DNA from: a virus
Taxonomy: Duplodnaviria; Caudoviricetes
IMG/VR virus record: IMGVR_UViG_3300007735_000917
Coordinates: 1-64,000 of that record
Direction: 5' to 3' (one strand)
Length of the DNA stretch: 64,000 bases
Position numbers and translations under genes: made by a program. The notes beneath the pieces are model-generated. The model ran no database searches. It was given only the letters and a program-made list of their open reading frames with translations, and had not been told where the DNA came from. Positions 59,164 to 64,000 of this stretch are shown here, one piece after another. Position 1 is the stretch's first letter, and the number at the start of each line of letters is the position of its first letter.

Positions 59164-60420
59164 TTATTCTAGACTTTCTTTTAACTTACGAAGTGTCTTA
59201 GCAAGTCGTGCTCTTTGACCCATCTTTCCACCTTTTTTTGCAGCTGCAGCTAATTTTTTAGCTGGAATCTTTTCTCCATCTGGAACGTGTAGTGCTTTCT
59301 TCAAAGCACCTGGTTTGCTAATGGCTTTTTGTATCCATTGTTTTTTAGCTTCATCCATTGAATCAGATTCGTCGGATGTAACATCATCAACAGATTCACC
59401 ACTTTCGCCGTCAGCCTTAATTGGCAATTGATCGCTGCTCATATCATCAGCTTTAGCTTCCACATCGTCTTCAGCAGGTACTACAGCATTTGCATCTTCT
59501 GGGCCAGCTGGAGTTTGTTCTGCATCTTCTCCTGGTGGAGTTAGTTGTGTCATTAATAGACTGTGAAGTTTTTGAGCAAGTTCACGATCCAATGTAATAG
59601 TTACAGTTTCTTTTTCTGCATCTACATTAACATCATCTTGTTCCATTTCACGAATCATTCGTTTAATAGCTTCTTTTAGTTGTTGTTTATTCATAGTTTG
59701 TTTGTTTTCTGCATATCCGACAAAATCATATCCACTGCCACTTGTACCAGATCCAGTCATCGTTGCGTCTGCTGGAAATGGACTTTCCATAGCTTGTGCT
59801 GGATAACTCTCACTCATTCTCCAACCGCCGCCTTTACTCTTATACCATCTTGCAGCCCATCCATTGGCATAAGCACTGGGATAAACATCAAATTTGGCTC
59901 TGGCTGCGGATTTGGCTCTAGCCCAAAGTGCGGGATTGGTTGGCTTTGGTTTTCTTTTACCTTTGCCCTTCTTTCTTCTTTTCTTTTCGTCCAATAAAGC
60001 TTCTTCCAAGCTATTAAATGTTTGATTTTCCAATTCAATGTCAATTGTTTTATTAATAATTGGATCACTGTTTCTACCGTGTACTTGACCGTTTGGTGTA
60101 CCACCAGCAGATCCACCCATATTTCCTTTTTGTAATCCGCCATTACCTACTCTCGCCTCATCGTTAAAACTTTGGTTTGGGTCACCAAAACCAGAATTAG
60201 TTGATGGTTTAAATTCACTTGCTAATCCAGCAGCAACCAACTTAGAATAGTATTTAGGATCTTCAGTTAAATGATCCATAGCAATTTCTTTTGCAATATC
60301 TAAATCATTGGTATGTTCCATCTCAATTTGTATACCTGTACTTAATTGAATCGGATCGACCTGACTGGTTGGTGTTTGGTCACCAACTCCTCCGGGCAAC
60401 TTTATTAAATTATTAATCAT
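59164..60420 (-). CDS. Modular protein with DUF5661-like N-terminus
   Basis: GIQIEMEHT..AKEIAMDHL.EDPKYY; PTNPALW..YPSAYANGW; WIQKAI.KPGAL. Confidence 0.75.
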   Translation of the reverse strand: MINNLIKLPGGVGDQTPTSQVDPIQLSTGIQIEMEHTNDLDIAKEIAMDHLTEDPKYYSKLVAAGLASEFKPSTNSGFGDPNQSFNDEARVGNGGLQKGNMGGSAGGTPNGQVHGRNSDPIINKTIDIELENQTFNSLEEALLDEKKRRKKGKGKRKPKPTNPALWARAKSAARAKFDVYPSAYANGWAARWYKSKGGGWRMSESYPAQAMESPFPADATMTGSGTSGSGYDFVGYAENKQTMNKQQLKEAIKRMIREMEQDDVNVDAEKETVTITLDRELAQKLHSLLMTQLTPPGEDAEQTPAGPEDANAVVPAEDDVEAKADDMSSDQLPIKADGESGESVDDVTSDESDSMDEAKKQWIQKAISKPGALKKALHVPDGEKIPAKKLAAAAKKGGKMGQRARLAKTLRKLKESLE

Positions 60421-60613
60421 TCTTTAGTCCTTGTTGAAATTTTGAAAAGCTTTTACCACTACCAGCTCCTGGATCAATCATCCATCTACGACCTCTCATT
60501 GGATCACTGCCAATACTTGGATCGTGAAATCTGCCGTCGCCAATATAATGCCAACCTTTGTGAAGTGGGTCAGCTTTGCGGTATGTGGGTTTATCTTTAG
60601 CAAAGTTAGCCAT
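60413..60613 (-). CDS. Small hypothetical protein
   Basis: 66 aa, packed in operon. Confidence 0.55.
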   Translation of the reverse strand: MANFAKDKPTYRKADPLHKGWHYIGDGRFHDPSIGSDPMRGRRWMIDPGAGSGKSFSKFQQGLKND

Positions 60614-60614
60614 A

Positions 60615-61148
60615 TTAGTTCCAGTTTCTACGTTGTTTTTTTGTTTCGTGCAAATTTCTCATTATTTCAGCTATAGCTTTTTCTTGTGGGGTACGATAAT
60701 CTGTTTCATCTATCTTTTCTGGTTCATCTGTTATATCCAACATATGAAGTTTACTGTAGTATTGAGGATCTTTCTTTAGATTATTCACAACGTTTTGTTT
60801 GGCTACTTGTTTATCTTTTAGCACAAGTTTCTTCATTTCATAATCAATACCCATAATAACTTCATCAGGAGTTACTTTGTATTTGATTTGTTGAACGTCC
60901 CCCACATAATCTCTAGGATTTTGACCAGTATACGGACCAAATGGAGTTACTTTTGACATTGAATCTTTAGCACTAACTGTAATTTTACTTTTGTCTGTTA
61001 GTGTGCCAAAATGATTTGGATCTTGAGATACGTCAGGACTTGCAAAGGTAGATAAATCAGAAGCACCTGAAACAGCTCCTCCTTGAGAGAAAGGTAAACC
61101 TTGCATCATTCTGTCGCCGGTATCTCCCAATTCTTTTAACTTTTTCAT
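60615..61148 (-). CDS. Degenerate DUF5661-like protein
   Basis: MGIDYEM..AKQNV..NL..DPQYYSKL. Confidence 0.65.
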   Translation of the reverse strand: MKKLKELGDTGDRMMQGLPFSQGGAVSGASDLSTFASPDVSQDPNHFGTLTDKSKITVSAKDSMSKVTPFGPYTGQNPRDYVGDVQQIKYKVTPDEVIMGIDYEMKKLVLKDKQVAKQNVVNNLKKDPQYYSKLHMLDITDEPEKIDETDYRTPQEKAIAEIMRNLHETKKQRRNWN

Positions 61149-61293
61149 ATACATATAAATATATCAAAAAAGATTAATGTGTTAATTGATTTATATGTAA
61201 TGTATTTTTAAATTTATGTTAATTATGGAGTATATCTATGCATTTTTACTTACGGTGAATTTATTCATATTAAAATTATATATATAAGATGTT

Positions 61294-61902
61294 ATGATAA
61301 GAAGTGTAAATGAATTATATGTAACTGAGTGTATTACGTTTCCTAGATGTGGACACACGTGGTTGAGTAGAATATTAAAGTATTATTTTAAAAACGATCT
61401 TAATTACTGCGAAATGTACAATAATCCGGAATTGATGATTGATGTAAATGAAAATACAAACTTACAAAAAAATCACGATATTCATTTATACACCCCAGTT
61501 AAAAATGATAGAAAATATATTATACAAATAAGAGGTGCAGAACAGTGTCTAAACTCTTACTATAAATTAGAAGTGGCAGGCATAGATAATAATTATGTAA
61601 AAAAAGAAATTGGTTCAACAGGTTTAATAAATTTTCAAGAATATAGACGCTATAACAATTGGATTGAAGAAAAGAAAATTTTCTATAATCATTTTTTGAA
61701 TAAATGGGTTTTTAAATATATACCCAATTCAAAAATTGTTATATATGAACATTTAAAAGACAATACTGTTGAAGAAGTATTGTCTATAATAAAGTTTATG
61801 ACTGATAAAGATGGTGATAGAGAAAAATTATTAATTGCAATAGAGTACTCAAATGAACCGCATTTAATAAATGAACCATTCAAAGAAAAATATATTGTGT
61901 GA
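61294..61902 (+). CDS. Sulfotransferase-like protein
   Basis: TFPRCGHTWL (5'-PSB-like), KNH, IR...SYY (3'-PB-like), YE.L. Confidence 0.7.
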   Translation: MIRSVNELYVTECITFPRCGHTWLSRILKYYFKNDLNYCEMYNNPELMIDVNENTNLQKNHDIHLYTPVKNDRKYIIQIRGAEQCLNSYYKLEVAGIDNNYVKKEIGSTGLINFQEYRRYNNWIEEKKIFYNHFLNKWVFKYIPNSKIVIYEHLKDNTVEEVLSIIKFMTDKDGDREKLLIAIEYSNEPHLINEPFKEKYIV

Positions 61903-61903
61903 A

Positions 61904-64000
61904 TTATATATATTTATATTGATGCATAATTACTTTTAAATTGGTTTCTAACATATTCAATCTTTGTTTTTCATTATAACAAAAATCTCCACAACCTGAA
62001 TAAGACGACGGCAGCCATCCTACTCTTTTAAAAGAATCTTCTTTAAATTTATTATAAATACGAATTCCAAGACCAAAATCCCAAGGACCAACTTCGTCTA
62101 CGTGTTCGCTTTTATTTAAAATAGTACCGTATAATTCTTTATTAAAAAACTCACACATTTTTTCTGTATTATAAAATGTAAGTGCGCCATTTGTATATAT
62201 TGATATAGGTGAAGCGTGATCAATATTTATTGATACTTTACATTCTTTTGAATAGTTGTATACATAATCTTGCATACTTTGAAAAAAATTACCTATTGCT
62301 AGTTTAGGCATTCTAATTGCTGGTGTTCCTGTAATAATTGGTTCATATGGCCAAGATAAATGTTCTTGCCATAATATATCAAACCAATAATCCTTAGATA
62401 TTAAACAGTCCCATTCGTAACAAAAGAAATAATCCCAACCTTTTTCTTTAGCAATTCGTATACCTTCTACAAATGCCCAGAATGCATATTTATCACATTT
62501 TCTATATAAACCAGCTTGCATTTCTTCCATTTTGTTAAATTTAACAAAATTGACAGCATCTAAATTGTTATCCGAATAAACAACAAATGGAATATTATAT
62601 TTTGATAATTTATAATCATTTATATTATCAATACATTTTTTAATACCATTGTTCATTTGGTGAACATAAAAAATGATACCGACCTTTAAATTGTTTTTAA
62701 TATGTAAACTTTTTACCTTAGAATAAATTTTTATAAAATTGCTATCAACTATTTTTTTTCTGTTAATATCAATTTGAGTAGCGCTAGAATCGTGACTTAT
62801 ACATTTAACGCATTTTTCTTGAAAAAATAAAAACAAATTATCTGAATTCTTAGTAAAATGCGACCAAATGTATATATCGTTTCCCACAACGAATGATGGT
62901 CGTTCATAAAAAAATTTATCATTTCCGTGAGTTTGTTCCCATTCAATCAAACAAGAAATAAGTTTATCAGTTGGAAAAATTCCATGAATAGGCGATAAAG
63001 AATATCTCTGTCTAATAATGTAATCTTTTATTACGTCTACTTTGTACACCCCAGTTTTTAACTCTATATCCAAAGTTGAATTTAACTCGGTTTTTTTAGT
63101 AATAAAATTTTCTACCGATCCTTTCCAAACTCCAAATGCGCAATTTTCATTCATTAAATTTACTGCATTTTTAACTTCGGATAAGATGATGTCATCATCG
63201 TGAAGAATAGTAACCCAATTTGTAGTTACATTTTTTAATCCTTCAATCCAACATAAATTATTATTTCGTTCATCTTCTATGATAACTACTTTATGTTTTT
63301 TGGATAACTGTTTTGCCCAATTAACATATTCAAAATTAAATCCTGACACTACTATTACTATATTGGTGATACCAGCGTCAATAATAGATTGATAAGCTTT
63401 TTTTCCAAATGAAAGTCTATCTCCGTGACACGTTAATAGTACTGTATAATTATCTAAATTAGATGAATGTTGGACTTTTGGAAATTGAAAAAATTTATCT
63501 GTATGAGTTTCGACATAAGATAATTTTTTATATGAAATGTCGTCTTTATAATAAAAGACATCGTTCATACCAATGAATTTTGATACTTTATTTTTCCACA
63601 TTGTAAATCCATTTACTCTTATTCCCAATTTTCTATTGTCTTGACTTTTTGTATCAATATCACTTGGAGTAAATGTACTAGATTCACATCTTATTTCCAC
63701 TACATTATTTAATGGAATCTTAACAAACAACTTTTTATCTTTTTCAGCACTAACTGTTGTAAACAACTGGTAATCATCACCGTCTTTATATTTTGTATAA
63801 AACTTTACAGTTGCTGTGTATGGTAAGTTGGCAGATTCAATTGAAATGAAATCGTAATTAAAATTGTTTATTTGTACAAAAAACAATTCAGATGTCCATC
63901 TCCAACACAATTCATCTGTTCCTTCTAAATTATGCCATCCACGACCAAGAACCATTTCCACAGAATCATCTATATCTATTATAGAATTTGATGGTTTATT
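61904..64000 (-). CDS. Multi-domain GT-A glycosyltransferase, 5' end beyond the window
   Basis: WVTILHDDD and FFCYEWD DxD-like motifs; reading frame open to 64000. Confidence 0.75.
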   Translation of the reverse strand, partial: NKPSNSIIDIDDSVEMVLGRGWHNLEGTDELCWRWTSELFFVQINNFNYDFISIESANLPYTATVKFYTKYKDGDDYQLFTTVSAEKDKKLFVKIPLNNVVEIRCESSTFTPSDIDTKSQDNRKLGIRVNGFTMWKNKVSKFIGMNDVFYYKDDISYKKLSYVETHTDKFFQFPKVQHSSNLDNYTVLLTCHGDRLSFGKKAYQSIIDAGITNIVIVVSGFNFEYVNWAKQLSKKHKVVIIEDERNNNLCWIEGLKNVTTNWVTILHDDDIILSEVKNAVNLMNENCAFGVWKGSVENFITKKTELNSTLDIELKTGVYKVDVIKDYIIRQRYSLSPIHGIFPTDKLISCLIEWEQTHGNDKFFYERPSFVVGNDIYIWSHFTKNSDNLFLFFQEKCVKCISHDSSATQIDINRKKIVDSNFIKIYSKVKSLHIKNNLKVGIIFYVHQMNNGIKKCIDNINDYKLSKYNIPFVVYSDNNLDAVNFVKFNKMEEMQAGLYRKCDKYAFWAFVEGIRIAKEKGWDYFFCYEWDCLISKDYWFDILWQEHLSWPYEPIITGTPAIRMPKLAIGNFFQSMQDYVYNYSKECKVSINIDHASPISIYTNGALTFYNTEKMCEFFNKELYGTILNKSEHVDEVGPWDFGLGIRIYNKFKEDSFKRVGWLPSSYSGCGDFCYNEKQRLNMLETNLKVIMHQYKYI

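Noticed and set aside
1-64000. Stop-codon or AGA recoding
   Set aside because: Genes are full length in code 11 and use all three stops, no suppressor tRNA was seen, and the Arg linker positions are Lys in some paralogues.

Overview
AT-rich segment of a large tailed dsDNA bacteriophage. The gene types resemble uncultured freshwater large/jumbo myoviruses, and the standard genetic code fits the ORFs. 1-18.7 kb and 24-31.3 kb hold repeat-rich virion/tail-fibre genes: LamG paralogues, KAIFGYG propeller repeats, Gly-Ser-Thr repeats and an S74-chaperone fibre. 31.3-35.7 kb is a minus-strand RNA-gene array with 11 tRNA or tRNA-like genes, many non-canonical: Gly-ACC, two Ile-UAU (one with a long variable arm), two Leu with short variable arms (one split by a group I intron) and a shrunken CAU tRNA. 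The array also holds three unannotated structured ncRNAs, seven boxA-like motifs and three unrelated free-standing endonucleases, and a SPOUT RNA methyltransferase lies nearby. 35.7-64 kb carries small early genes, sugar-nucleotide and glycosylation genes (rmlA, rmlB, RmlD-like, gmd, glycosyltransferases, a sulfotransferase-like gene), ClpP, IscU, a SNF2-like helicase, HNH nucleases and modular proteins with Glu-type cleavage-site patterns. All calls come from reading motifs and folding by eye; no database searches were run.
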